Below, in pieces: positions 1 through 8,925 of a stretch of 64,000 nt of DNA. This DNA is from Methylotenera sp. (GTDB lineage Bacteria > Pseudomonadota > Gammaproteobacteria > Burkholderiales > Methylophilaceae). The stretch is taken from contig NZ_JAQSDC010000047.1 in assembly GCF_029945705.1 (NCBI RefSeq), forward strand, positions 41,921 through 105,920, read 5' to 3'. The notes beneath the pieces were generated by a model. The model worked only from the letters and a program-made list of their open reading frames with translations, had not been told where the DNA came from and did no database searches. The translations under genes were made by a program, and so were the position numbers. Each line of letters starts with the position of its first letter. Positions within the stretch are counted from its first letter, which is position 1.

Positions 1-1
1 T

Positions 2-1108
2 CTACTGAGTCTTTCAAATGGCCCTACCTTAGCATTCAAAGACATGGCGATGCAGTTGCTAGGGAATCTGTTCGAATATGTACTTACCAAAACAGGTAAA
101 ACCACTAATATTTTAGGGGCAACTTCTGGCGATACTGGCTCTGCGGCGGAATATGCGATGCGCGGTAAAAAAGGCATACGTGTATTCATGCTTTCGCCCC
201 ATAAAAAAATGAGTCGTTTTCAATCTGCACAAATGTTTAGTTTACAAGACGATAACATCTACAACATCGCCGTGAATGGTGTGTTTGATGATTGCCAGGA
301 TATGGTAAAAGCGGTTTCAAATGACGCTGAGTTTAAAGCACAATACAAAATTGGCGCAGTGAATTCAATTAACTGGGGCCGCATTATTGCGCAAGTGGTT
401 TATTACTTTAAAGGTTACTTTGCCGTGACAAGTAATAATGCACAAAAAGTCAGCTTTGCTGTGCCAAGCGGCAATTTTGGTAATGTGTGTGCTGGCCATA
501 TTGCCCGCATGATGGGTTTGCCGATTGATAAGCTAGTCGTAGCAACGAATGAAAACGACGTGTTAGATGAGTTTTTTAAAACTGGTGTTTACAGCCCACG
601 TGGCTCAGCCAATACTTACCATACTTCTAGTCCGTCAATGGATATCAGCAAGGCCTCTAACTTTGAGCGTTTTGTTTATGACTTAGTTGGACGTGATGGC
701 ACAAAAACGCGTGCACTTTGGAGTAAAGTTGATTCAGGTAGTAGTTTCGATTTAAATGCAGATGGCTATTTTGCCAAAATTGCAGATTATGGATTTCAGT
801 CGGGTAGTAGCTCGCATGCAGACCGCATGAAAACTATTCGTGAAACCGCTGATAAATACCAAGTGATTGTTGACACGCACACCGCAGATGGTATCAAGGT
901 AGCTTTAGAGCTTCGTGATGTAAACGTGCCTATGGTGGTGCTAGAAACTGCATTGCCAGCTAAGTTTGAAGATTCTATTATAGAAGCTTTAGGCAAAGCG
1001 CCTGAGCGTCCTGCCAGCTTGCAAGGTATAGAAAGTTTGCCACAGAAATTTATCGTGATGGATGCAAGTGATGCAGCCATTAAAGATTTTATTGTGAAAA
1101 ACACTTAA
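2..1108 (+). CDS. thrC: Threonine synthase (5' truncated by window edge)
   Basis: Frame is open from position 2 (LLSLSNGPTLAFKDMAMQ, PLP lysine motif); ATSGDTG, INSINWGR-like and PSGNFGN motifs. Confidence 0.96.
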   Translation, partial: LLSLSNGPTLAFKDMAMQLLGNLFEYVLTKTGKTTNILGATSGDTGSAAEYAMRGKKGIRVFMLSPHKKMSRFQSAQMFSLQDDNIYNIAVNGVFDDCQDMVKAVSNDAEFKAQYKIGAVNSINWGRIIAQVVYYFKGYFAVTSNNAQKVSFAVPSGNFGNVCAGHIARMMGLPIDKLVVATNENDVLDEFFKTGVYSPRGSANTYHTSSPSMDISKASNFERFVYDLVGRDGTKTRALWSKVDSGSSFDLNADGYFAKIADYGFQSGSSSHADRMKTIRETADKYQVIVDTHTADGIKVALELRDVNVPMVVLETALPAKFEDSIIEALGKAPERPASLQGIESLPQKFIVMDASDAAIKDFIVKNT

Positions 1109-1257
1109 AGTGAATATTGATTGCAGGGAAAATTTTAATTTGGTCTATCCGAAGAAGTCTGTGAAAAGTTTCGCCAAAGAATTTAGTCGCTGTAGCATAG
1201 TGTGTATTGATTGAGTACTCACTTTTATCAATACCGAAATTATCAACGGATTTAAAA

Positions 1258-2109
1258 ATGAAACAATACCTAGCACTCTGCGAACGAATCATTAGTGAAG
1301 GCGTTTGGATTGAAAATGAAAGAACTGGTAAGCGTTGCCTAACTATCATTAACGCTGACTTAACTTACGATGTTGAACACGGAGAGTTCCCGCTTGTGAC
1401 CACAAGGAAAAGTTATTTCAAGTCAGCAATCGCTGAAATGATTGGCTATATTCGAGGCTACGACAACGCTGCAGACTTTAGAAAAATTGGTACTCGTACT
1501 TGGGATGCCAACGCAAATCAAAATAATGCTTGGCTTTCAAATCCTCATAGAAAAGGGGAGGATGATTGTGGTTTTATTTACGGTAAAATTGGTAGAAACT
1601 TTCCAAAGCCAGATGGTGGTAGTGTAGATTTATTAAGAAAAATTTACCAAGATCTACGTGATGGCGTTGATGATCGTGGAGAAATCTACACTTTCTATCA
1701 TCCTGGTGCCTTCCATATGGGATGTCTACGTCCTTGTATGTATAGCCATCACTTTTCGTTACTTGGTGATACTTTGTACTTAAATAGTACTCAAAGAAGC
1801 TGCGATGTTCCGCTGGGGCTAAACTTCAATATGGTCCAAGTTTACTTTTTATTGGCAATTATGGCTCAAATTACTGGGCATAAAGCAGGTAAAGCCTATC
1901 ATAAGATAGTAAATGCACATATTTATGAAGATCAACTCGATTTGATGAGGGATGTGCAACTCAAACGCGAGCCTTTTCAATCGCCCAAGTTAATTATTAA
2001 TCCAGATATTAAGACGCTAGAAGATTTGGAAACATGGGTTACAGTAGACGATTTTGAAATTGAAGGTTATGAGTATCATGAACCAATTTCGTATCCATTT
2101 TCTGTCTAA
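1258..2109 (+). CDS. thyA: Thymidylate synthase, Vibrio/Haemophilus-type (283 aa; likely start ATG 1258 rather than TTG 1207)
   Basis: MKQYL start, RTGK, catalytic [31 protein letters not shown]. Confidence 0.96.
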   Translation: MKQYLALCERIISEGVWIENERTGKRCLTIINADLTYDVEHGEFPLVTTRKSYFKSAIAEMIGYIRGYDNAADFRKIGTRTWDANANQNNAWLSNPHRKGEDDCGFIYGKIGRNFPKPDGGSVDLLRKIYQDLRDGVDDRGEIYTFYHPGAFHMGCLRPCMYSHHFSLLGDTLYLNSTQRSCDVPLGLNFNMVQVYFLLAIMAQITGHKAGKAYHKIVNAHIYEDQLDLMRDVQLKREPFQSPKLIINPDIKTLEDLETWVTVDDFEIEGYEYHEPISYPFSV

Positions 2110-2155
2110 TGCTTAGTTTCAAATAGTCTCAGAATAAGTCTGTTTCCTTGACTCT

Positions 2156-3520
2156 CTAATCAATAATCAGCTTAACATTCTCCGATTTAGTTCTAACCTT
2201 TAGCCACTCAGTAATTCTATAGCGCTCACTATTACTTATTTTACTGGATGCCGTTGCGTTTAATACGATTAGGTTGTCCTTGAGATCAGAGCTGCCAGCT
2301 TTCCACTGCACTGCGTCAGAAAATAAGACTTCTCTAATCTGCGGATATTGCGCATGTAATTCAGCTGCCATGTTTTTCCATTCAGCTCTGTTTGCAGAAG
2401 TTTTTTGTAATTCGGATTGCAAATTCTGAATGGTTTTATTTTTTTCTTCTAAGCTGTAGAGGTTATCTTTGTATAACTCGCTCACGATATTAGATTTTAA
2501 GGCGGTAATATCAACCGTATTGTCTTTCGATTGGTGAACGATGAGTGAGGCACCAGAAAGGCCGTAACTCTCCATTCGAGCCTCAACGCCGTTTAGTTCT
2601 TTTTTGCTAATTAAATCACCAATTAATGTCACTTCTATTTGTTTTTTTGTCGCGTCAATATTGCGCTCTGTGAGATGGGCATCTTTAAATGTTAATTCTT
2701 TGCTAATAAACTCCCTAGCTTTTGAACTAAATACCTCTTGTTTTACTAATTTGACCGCAAGGTAGACGCTTGGTAACATCGTCAACAAAACTATCGCACT
2801 AAGCGCACGGCGAACACGTATTTCAGTATTTTGATTAACAAATGACTTGCGTGTAGGATTAAGAACCCAAATAATCAGCACAGCAGCAAAGGCAATAAAT
2901 ACGCAGTTGATAGAGTATAAATAGAACGCACCAAAGAAGAAATTCCAATTCCCATTTGCCAAACCATAACCGGCAGTACATAGTGGCGGCATCAAGGCTG
3001 TTGCAATAGCAACACCAGGGATAATGTTGGTTTTTTCAGCTCTAGTGGCACCAATTATGCCTGCAAGCCCACCAAAAAGAGCAATCAGTACATCCCAAAT
3101 AGTAGGTGTGGTTCTTGCTAATAGCTCTGACTGCGCATCAGACAGAGGCGTTAATAGAAAGTAAAGTGTTGAAACCAGTAAGCTAATCAGAGTAGCAATA
3201 CCAAGATTTCTAAATGATTTTCTGATGAGCTGAGTGTCATATATACCTGCGCCATAACCGACACCCATAATGGGCCCCATGAGTGGTGAAATGAGCATGG
3301 CGCCAATAATAACTGCTGTTGAGTTAACATTTAAACCAATAGATGCAACAAAAATTGCAAATATTAATACCCATAAGTTAGTGCCTCTAAGCTCGACACC
3401 AGCTCGGATACTCGTATCAATTTGCTCATCATCAGCCTTATCTTCAATTAAGCTAAAACGATGTCTTGTGGCAGTCATATAACGCTTGAATAGCGATGTT
3501 GTTAAGTTTGCGTCTGACAT
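2156..3520 (-). CDS. DUF389/TIGR00341-type membrane protein
   Basis: IASIGLNVNSTAVIIGAMLISPLMGPI and IPGVAIATALMPPLC motifs, multiple TM helices, soluble C-terminal region. Confidence 0.85.
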   Translation of the reverse strand: MSDANLTTSLFKRYMTATRHRFSLIEDKADDEQIDTSIRAGVELRGTNLWVLIFAIFVASIGLNVNSTAVIIGAMLISPLMGPIMGVGYGAGIYDTQLIRKSFRNLGIATLISLLVSTLYFLLTPLSDAQSELLARTTPTIWDVLIALFGGLAGIIGATRAEKTNIIPGVAIATALMPPLCTAGYGLANGNWNFFFGAFYLYSINCVFIAFAAVLIIWVLNPTRKSFVNQNTEIRVRRALSAIVLLTMLPSVYLAVKLVKQEVFSSKAREFISKELTFKDAHLTERNIDATKKQIEVTLIGDLISKKELNGVEARMESYGLSGASLIVHQSKDNTVDITALKSNIVSELYKDNLYSLEEKNKTIQNLQSELQKTSANRAEWKNMAAELHAQYPQIREVLFSDAVQWKAGSSDLKDNLIVLNATASSKISNSERYRITEWLKVRTKSENVKLIID

Positions 3521-3712
3521 AAAAACCTTATTTAAGTAATGCGTAAGTTATTAACTCTCCATTCCAATTTTGACATTATGATATGTCTATCGAAACGGGT
3601 GAAGTCCATACACTCGAGTCAAGTTGATTGGAGTGCTCCCATCGTGAACCATGTTGCTGATAGCGCTTTATGAAGCAACTCATGCAGTATTTTACTAATA
3701 CCCATCAAAAAT

Positions 3713-4009
3713 CTAAAGCTTAGGAAAGTCTGTAGTTGATTTCTCTATATGTGTTGGCTGCTGTTTCATGGTATTTTCTAGGTCTGAGGCATATTTTTTG
3801 GACTGCTTAGTGGCACGTTTGCTGCGTAAAACAGTTGGTAATACAAGTAGTGCACCAATGAGTATGCCTAATATTAACGAGATGATGATGGCTAGGGCAG
3901 AAACCGTCTGAACAGACCACGTGATGAAGATTAACTCAACAGGATGCATATTCTGGAATGTAAATATTGTAGCTAATACTGTAAGTATAGTTAATATAAT
4001 GTTACGCAT
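3713..4009 (-). CDS. LapA/DUF1049-like small membrane protein
   Basis: TM-FTFQN-x-V-x-L-x-F-x-x-W followed by a second TM and basic tail. Confidence 0.7.
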   Translation of the reverse strand: MRNIILTILTVLATIFTFQNMHPVELIFITWSVQTVSALAIIISLILGILIGALLVLPTVLRSKRATKQSKKYASDLENTMKQQPTHIEKSTTDFPKL

Positions 4010-4157
4010 AAATTTACTATCTCAAAGTTTCCCGAAGCTATTTTGATTATAGCACCACAAACAGCTGGGTGCTTTGCAGCCTAATTTTCAGAATTCTAAA
4101 CTTTAACAAATAATTTTAATAAATAACTAGGGGGAGTTTAGCTAGAATTGTTACGAG

Positions 4158-4190
4158 AAAAAAAAGGGTGCCCTAAAAGATAGGGCACCC
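4158..4190 (-). terminator. Rho-independent terminator of the EF-hand gene
   Basis: Minus strand: GGGTGCCCTA-TCTTT-TAGGGCACCC then T8. Confidence 0.9.
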
Positions 4191-4282
4191 ATTAAAACTT
4201 GTAACTCTAGGGGGAGTGAGTTACAAGTGCTCAAACACTTACTTAATACTGAAGCTCTTTCTCAAGAATTAGAAATAACGAT

Positions 4283-4672
4283 CTAGTTCGTAGTTGTTGC
4301 TGGAGCAGCCTCTGTAGTTTTGGCAGCAGACGCAGTTTTGTAGCTCGTAAACTCATCAGCTGATAGCATGCCATCATGATTTATATCTGCTGCATCAAAT
4401 TGAGTCGCTAACGCTTTATCTTTTACAGCCTCTTTTAGAGATATATTTCCATCTTTATTGGCATCTAATTTGTTAAAGTCATCATTTGAAGGCGCCTTTG
4501 CAGACGTACTAGGTTCCTTCATATCTACAACTTTAACTTCTGCAGTTTTAATCGAGTCTTTTAACGCAGCTGCGTTATCAGCCAATGCTAAATTATTAAG
4601 TCCTGCCATCAATAACAAGGCAACTACACTTGCTGAAATAGGGCGAATGATAGAATTTGTATTTAATTTCAT
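4283..4672 (-). CDS. Secreted small EF-hand (Ca2+-binding) protein
   Basis: Signal peptide ending ALA; two EF loops DANKDGNISLKE and DINHDGMLSADE; AGGAG RBS at 4681-4685. Confidence 0.85.
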   Translation of the reverse strand: MKLNTNSIIRPISASVVALLLMAGLNNLALADNAAALKDSIKTAEVKVVDMKEPSTSAKAPSNDDFNKLDANKDGNISLKEAVKDKALATQFDAADINHDGMLSADEFTSYKTASAAKTTEAAPATTTN

Positions 4673-4719
4673 GGATATTGCTCCTAATGCTAATTAAAAA
4701 GATCTTGCCCTATTATATT

Positions 4720-4735
4720 AGCGATTATCGTGCCA
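4720..4735 (-). promoter_or_regulatory. sigma54 (-24/-12) promoter upstream of the EF-hand gene
   Basis: Minus strand TGGCACGATAATCGCT vs consensus TGGCACG-N4-TTGCW; GG/GC spacing correct, one mismatch. Confidence 0.8.
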
Positions 4736-4753
4736 ACTTTTATTTTTCAATAA

Positions 4754-4766
4754 AATCAATTGCTTA
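4754..4766 (+). promoter_or_regulatory. IHF binding site between enhancer and sigma54 promoter
   Basis: AATCAATTGCTTA is an exact match to WATCAA-N4-TTR. Confidence 0.65.
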
Positions 4767-4798
4767 TGAATTTTTGTGAATTTGTATAAAAAATAATA

Positions 4799-4816
4799 TG
4801 TCGCCTATGCACGACG
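4799..4816. promoter_or_regulatory. GlrR/QseF-type enhancer box (proximal)
   Basis: TGTC-GCCTATGCAC-GACG; one mismatch to TGTC-N10-GACA. Confidence 0.65.
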
Positions 4817-4860
4817 CATAGGGAGTGATTTAGGTAACTGATTGAAATGGTTTAAGTTTT

Positions 4861-4882
4861 TATGTCGCGTTTAAGCGACATA
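4861..4882. promoter_or_regulatory. GlrR/QseF-type enhancer box (distal)
   Basis: TA-TGTC-GCGTTTAAGC-GACA-TA; perfect TGTC-N10-GACA with extended symmetry. Confidence 0.75.
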
Positions 4883-4886
4883 TTAC

Positions 4887-6257
4887 TTAATCGGAGGATT
4901 CGTCTTGGCTAGCGTTCTTGAATGTACGTGCTTGAATATTGTGACGCTCTAATAATCTGTAAAATTCAGTACGGTTTCGTTGAGCAAGTCTTGCAGCTTG
5001 GGTCACATTACCTTCTGTTGTTTTAAGTATATTAATCAGATAATTAAATTCAAATTGCTGGCGAGCAACATCCAGCGGAACCACTGAGTTGCTGCCTTCT
5101 TGTAATGCTTTTTGTACTAAATTGACTGGAATGACTTGGGTAGTCGCAAGCACTACGGTTTGCTCAACAATATTTTGTAGTTGTCTTACATTGCCTGGCC
5201 AAGGCGCTGTAATCAGTGTTTCTATGGCATCTGGTGCAAAGCTATGTAATTTCTTCTTGTATTTCAGACTAAACACTTGCAGAAAATGATTCGCTAAAAG
5301 ACTAACATCTTCACGACGATTAGCCAAGGATGGAATTTCTAAGCTAACCACATTGATGCGATAAAACAAGTCTTCACGAAAGCGACCTTCCTTCATCTCA
5401 TTGACTAAGTTGCGGTGCGTCGCTGAAATTAAGCGTAAATCTATGTCTATATTAGTCGTGCTGCCTACGGGGCGTATTACGCGCTCTTGCAATGCGCGCA
5501 AGACTTTAACCTGCAAGGCTTGAGGCATGTCGCCAATCTCATCTAAGAATAATGTACCGCCTTCAGCACTTTGAAAAAGACCGACATGGTTATTGATAGC
5601 GCCAGTAAAGGCGCCTTTGTTATGACCAAATAACTCTGATTCAAGTAGATTTTCTGGAATGGCGCCACAATTAATTGCCACAAAAGGTCTTGCGCTTCGT
5701 GCGCTGTAGCGATGAATTGCACGTGCCAGCAACTCTTTCCCAGAGCCACTTTCTCCATGAATAAACACGCTAGCATCGGTATTAGCAACGAGCTTGGCTT
5801 GGCCAAGCAGGCTTTCCATTGTTGAGCTGCGCGTTAGAATATCCGCACGCCAACTATCATCTTCATTTGAGGCGGTATGAGTCTGCGTGCCATTCAAACG
5901 CAGTGCAGACGCGACTTGTTGCAATAGCGCTTGGCTATCAAAAGGCTTAGTTAAAAAACTAAATACACCACGCTGAGTTGCATTAACGGCATCTGGTATA
6001 GAGCCATGCGCTGTTAACATGATAACGGGCAGGCTAGGGTGAGATTGTTGAATGGCGTCCAGCAATGCCATGCCATCCATTGCGGGCATGCGTAAGTCGC
6101 TAATCACCAAATCAGGCCGCTGTAGCATGATGGCCGACATGGCCTCAGCACCGTTGTTTGCGGCAACTGTCGCATAACCAGCAGCCTTCAAACGCATGCT
6201 AATGAGCTTGAGTATGTCTTTGTCATCGTCAACGATTAGAATGTTTGGAGTTTGCAT
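4887..6257 (-). CDS. glrR: sigma54-dependent response regulator GlrR/QseF
   Basis: Receiver domain, Walker A GESGSGKE, GAFTGA loop, WPGNVRQL, C-terminal GNVTQAARLAQRNRTEFYRLL typical of GlrR. Confidence 0.88.
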   Translation of the reverse strand: MQTPNILIVDDDKDILKLISMRLKAAGYATVAANNGAEAMSAIMLQRPDLVISDLRMPAMDGMALLDAIQQSHPSLPVIMLTAHGSIPDAVNATQRGVFSFLTKPFDSQALLQQVASALRLNGTQTHTASNEDDSWRADILTRSSTMESLLGQAKLVANTDASVFIHGESGSGKELLARAIHRYSARSARPFVAINCGAIPENLLESELFGHNKGAFTGAINNHVGLFQSAEGGTLFLDEIGDMPQALQVKVLRALQERVIRPVGSTTNIDIDLRLISATHRNLVNEMKEGRFREDLFYRINVVSLEIPSLANRREDVSLLANHFLQVFSLKYKKKLHSFAPDAIETLITAPWPGNVRQLQNIVEQTVVLATTQVIPVNLVQKALQEGSNSVVPLDVARQQFEFNYLINILKTTEGNVTQAARLAQRNRTEFYRLLERHNIQARTFKNASQDESSD

Positions 6258-6270
6258 AGTCTTGTAGTGC

Positions 6271-6879
6271 TTACGGTTTAATCACAGGCTTGCTAATCGC
6301 TTTGCTATCACGATCACTAATCGTTTTTTCAATATTCTTTAAATCATTTAGTTTTTTATCTAAAGCATCATATTTTTGTTGTAAAGCTTCTAACTTTTGT
6401 TGATTCAAATCGAGCTTTTTCAAGTCATCTTTATTTTTTTGAGATTGCTTAATATCGTCAAATACGTACTCATAAAACAAACTTGTTAATGCAGACTCTG
6501 TGGTATTTAGGCTGTTCCCTTGAAGTAAGTCTTGCAGAAGGATTTGAGCCTTTGCTGTGTCACGTAGACGACTGCTCGGTAATGAAAGCATAATGGCAAG
6601 TTTGATGCGCTCTGTTAGATCTAACTTATTTTCTACAAGCGCACGATTCGCTTCATTGAATGATTTTCGTTGCGCATCCAAAGTATCGTTTGAAAAACGG
6701 TCAATAAAAAGCAATAAACTATTCACGCGGTCTTGTTTTGAAGCGGCCGTTTCTATTTTTTTAATCTCTAACACTTTAGTCGCGCTAGGTTCTTTATCTG
6801 AGGGTTTATTCGTCACACTTACGCATGCGCCTAGCGATAGTACTAAAACACTTAAACTGATGAATACTTTGATGCTCAT
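6271..6879 (-). CDS. QseG/YfhG-like lipoprotein
   Basis: Lipobox LGAC, helical body, C-terminal coiled coil (LNDLKNIEKTISDR); lies between the kinase and regulator as qseG does. Confidence 0.7.
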   Translation of the reverse strand: MSIKVFISLSVLVLSLGACVSVTNKPSDKEPSATKVLEIKKIETAASKQDRVNSLLLFIDRFSNDTLDAQRKSFNEANRALVENKLDLTERIKLAIMLSLPSSRLRDTAKAQILLQDLLQGNSLNTTESALTSLFYEYVFDDIKQSQKNKDDLKKLDLNQQKLEALQQKYDALDKKLNDLKNIEKTISDRDSKAISKPVIKP

Positions 6880-8309
6880 TTAATCTCCAATTTAGGAATG
6901 CTAATAATAAAATGCGCGCCTTGACTTGACTCGGCAAGTTTGATGATGCCCTGATGCGCATTCACTAAATCTTTTGCGATGGTAAGCCCTAAACCACTGC
7001 TACCGATCAAGCTTTTATGCAATGTGTTACCCCGATAAAACGGGTCGAATAGTTGCGCTGGATCAAGCTCTGCCAGGCCTGGGCCATTATCTTTGACATC
7101 AATCATCCAAGTTTCTTTTTCAAATCTTGTCTGCACTGAAATTAAGCCTTGTTGCGGGGTGTACTTTACAGCGTTTGAAATAAGATTGTCTAAAATAATG
7201 GTCAATTTTTCTTCATCGGCAATAACAGTCTTAACATTGTAGTTAGTTTCTATTGACAGCTCTTTATTTCTGATACTGAGCGCATGGGCATGAATCACTT
7301 TATTAATGACTACAGACAAGTCTAATTTCTCTAATGTTAATTTGGCTTCAATTGATTCCATGCGCGTGTAATTAAGCAAATTTTCTATCATTCTCTGCAA
7401 GCGGATGCTGTTTTCTCGCAGAATCAAAGTAATCTCAGACTGCTGCGCTGACAGCGTGCCACCAATGCCATCGTATAATAATTCAGTGGCCTCTCTTATT
7501 GCGGTAAGTGGTGTTTTAAGTTCGTGCGATACGTGCCTTAAAAACTGCTGTTTTTGCTCATCTACTTCTTTAAGTTCGGTTCGCAACCAATCTAAGCGCT
7601 GTCCGAGAAGGCGCAGATCACCGGGCCCATCAATGGCAATGGGTTGGTCATATTCTCCTTTACCTAGATGCCTAATGGCCGCATCCATGCGCTTAATAGG
7701 TCTAGCGAGTAAGTAAGTAATTGCACCAGCCACTAATAATGCAAGTGGGATAAGTACTAAGCTTTGCATAAACAGTTTTTTTTGGGTGTGTTGTACGGTG
7801 AGCGTCAGTTGGCTGGATGCAGCATCTATTGCCAAATTGTTTTCCTGCACAATGGATTCTACCAATTGTGTGATTTGACTAAAGCTATTTAAAAAGCCTA
7901 AATCTGCACTATTGGTTGACTTGCTGCCTAGAATGGATTGATGTAATTGAGACGTTTTTGCGCTCAATAACTGTAGATTTTTATGCTGAGATGGGCTATT
8001 AGCCAAAGCTTCAAGCTGAGAAATGGCGTCATCAAACTTAATGTGGGCTTGATTATAGTTATTGAATAGAACATTGTCTTGAAGTACAAAATACTGCTTA
8101 CTACTACGTTCCATTAAGCTTAGTTGTTCTTGTAAGACGCGTCCAGAGCGCGTGGTGATAACCGCGTTTGAAATAGTAATTTGACTTTGCTTTGCTAGGT
8201 GATCAAAAGCAATATTGGCATTCGCGAATACCCATAACAATGGCACAATTGCGAAGGCAAAGCCTACTAATAACAGCTTTAAAAATGAGCTTGGGTACTG
8301 AAATCGCAT
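6876..8309 (-). CDS. glrK: Sensor histidine kinase GlrK/QseE
   Basis: Two TMs, HAMP, FLRHVSHELKTPL H-box, N/G1/F/G2 boxes; N-terminus YPSSFLKLLLVGF. Confidence 0.85.
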   Translation of the reverse strand: MRFQYPSSFLKLLLVGFAFAIVPLLWVFANANIAFDHLAKQSQITISNAVITTRSGRVLQEQLSLMERSSKQYFVLQDNVLFNNYNQAHIKFDDAISQLEALANSPSQHKNLQLLSAKTSQLHQSILGSKSTNSADLGFLNSFSQITQLVESIVQENNLAIDAASSQLTLTVQHTQKKLFMQSLVLIPLALLVAGAITYLLARPIKRMDAAIRHLGKGEYDQPIAIDGPGDLRLLGQRLDWLRTELKEVDEQKQQFLRHVSHELKTPLTAIREATELLYDGIGGTLSAQQSEITLILRENSIRLQRMIENLLNYTRMESIEAKLTLEKLDLSVVINKVIHAHALSIRNKELSIETNYNVKTVIADEEKLTIILDNLISNAVKYTPQQGLISVQTRFEKETWMIDVKDNGPGLAELDPAQLFDPFYRGNTLHKSLIGSSGLGLTIAKDLVNAHQGIIKLAESSQGAHFIISIPKLEIK

Positions 8310-8357
8310 GTTTCTAGTCTAAAAGGTTTCCTTCAAAACATCTAGTATAATAGAGCT

Positions 8358-8840
8358 ATGACTCAACTTTCTATCATCGTGGCTATCGCCAATAACCAAG
8401 TCATCGGTATTAATAACACCTTGCCATGGCACCTGCCAGAGGATTTAAAGCGCTTCCGCGCCTTAACTACTGGGCATCACATCATCATGGGGCGTAAAAC
8501 TTACGAGTCGCTAGGGCGCTTGCTGCCTGGGCGTACTACGGTCATAGTCACGCGTAATAAAAGTTACCAATTAGAAGGTGCGCTCATTGCTCATTCATTA
8601 GAAGCTGCAGTCACTTTATGCCAAAACGATGATGAAGTATTTTTGATTGGTGGTGCGGAGTTGTATCAAGATGCCTTAAAGCTAGCGGATAAACTCTATA
8701 TTACTGAGGTGGATTTAACTGTTGATGGGGATGCATTTTTCCCTGAATTTGATTTAAATTTATGGCAAGAAACCTCGCGCGAGCTGCATATTTCGGCGCA
8801 ATATTTACCGTTTAGCTATATTACTTACATCCGAAAGTAA
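8358..8840 (+). CDS. folA: Dihydrofolate reductase
   Basis: VIGINNTLPWHLPEDLKRF, IMGRKTYES, LPGR, IGGAELY. Confidence 0.97.
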   Translation: MTQLSIIVAIANNQVIGINNTLPWHLPEDLKRFRALTTGHHIIMGRKTYESLGRLLPGRTTVIVTRNKSYQLEGALIAHSLEAAVTLCQNDDEVFLIGGAELYQDALKLADKLYITEVDLTVDGDAFFPEFDLNLWQETSRELHISAQYLPFSYITYIRK

Positions 8841-8842
8841 AT

Positions 8843-8870
8843 AAGGCACAGTGTTGATACGCTGTGCCTT
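8843..8870. terminator. Hairpin between convergent folA and decarboxylase genes
   Basis: AAGGCACAG-N10-CTGTGCCTT. Confidence 0.65.
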
Positions 8871-8925
8871 ACTTAGCTCTAGACTTTTTGAGCCATATTT
8901 GTTGAACTTTATTATTGACCTATAT

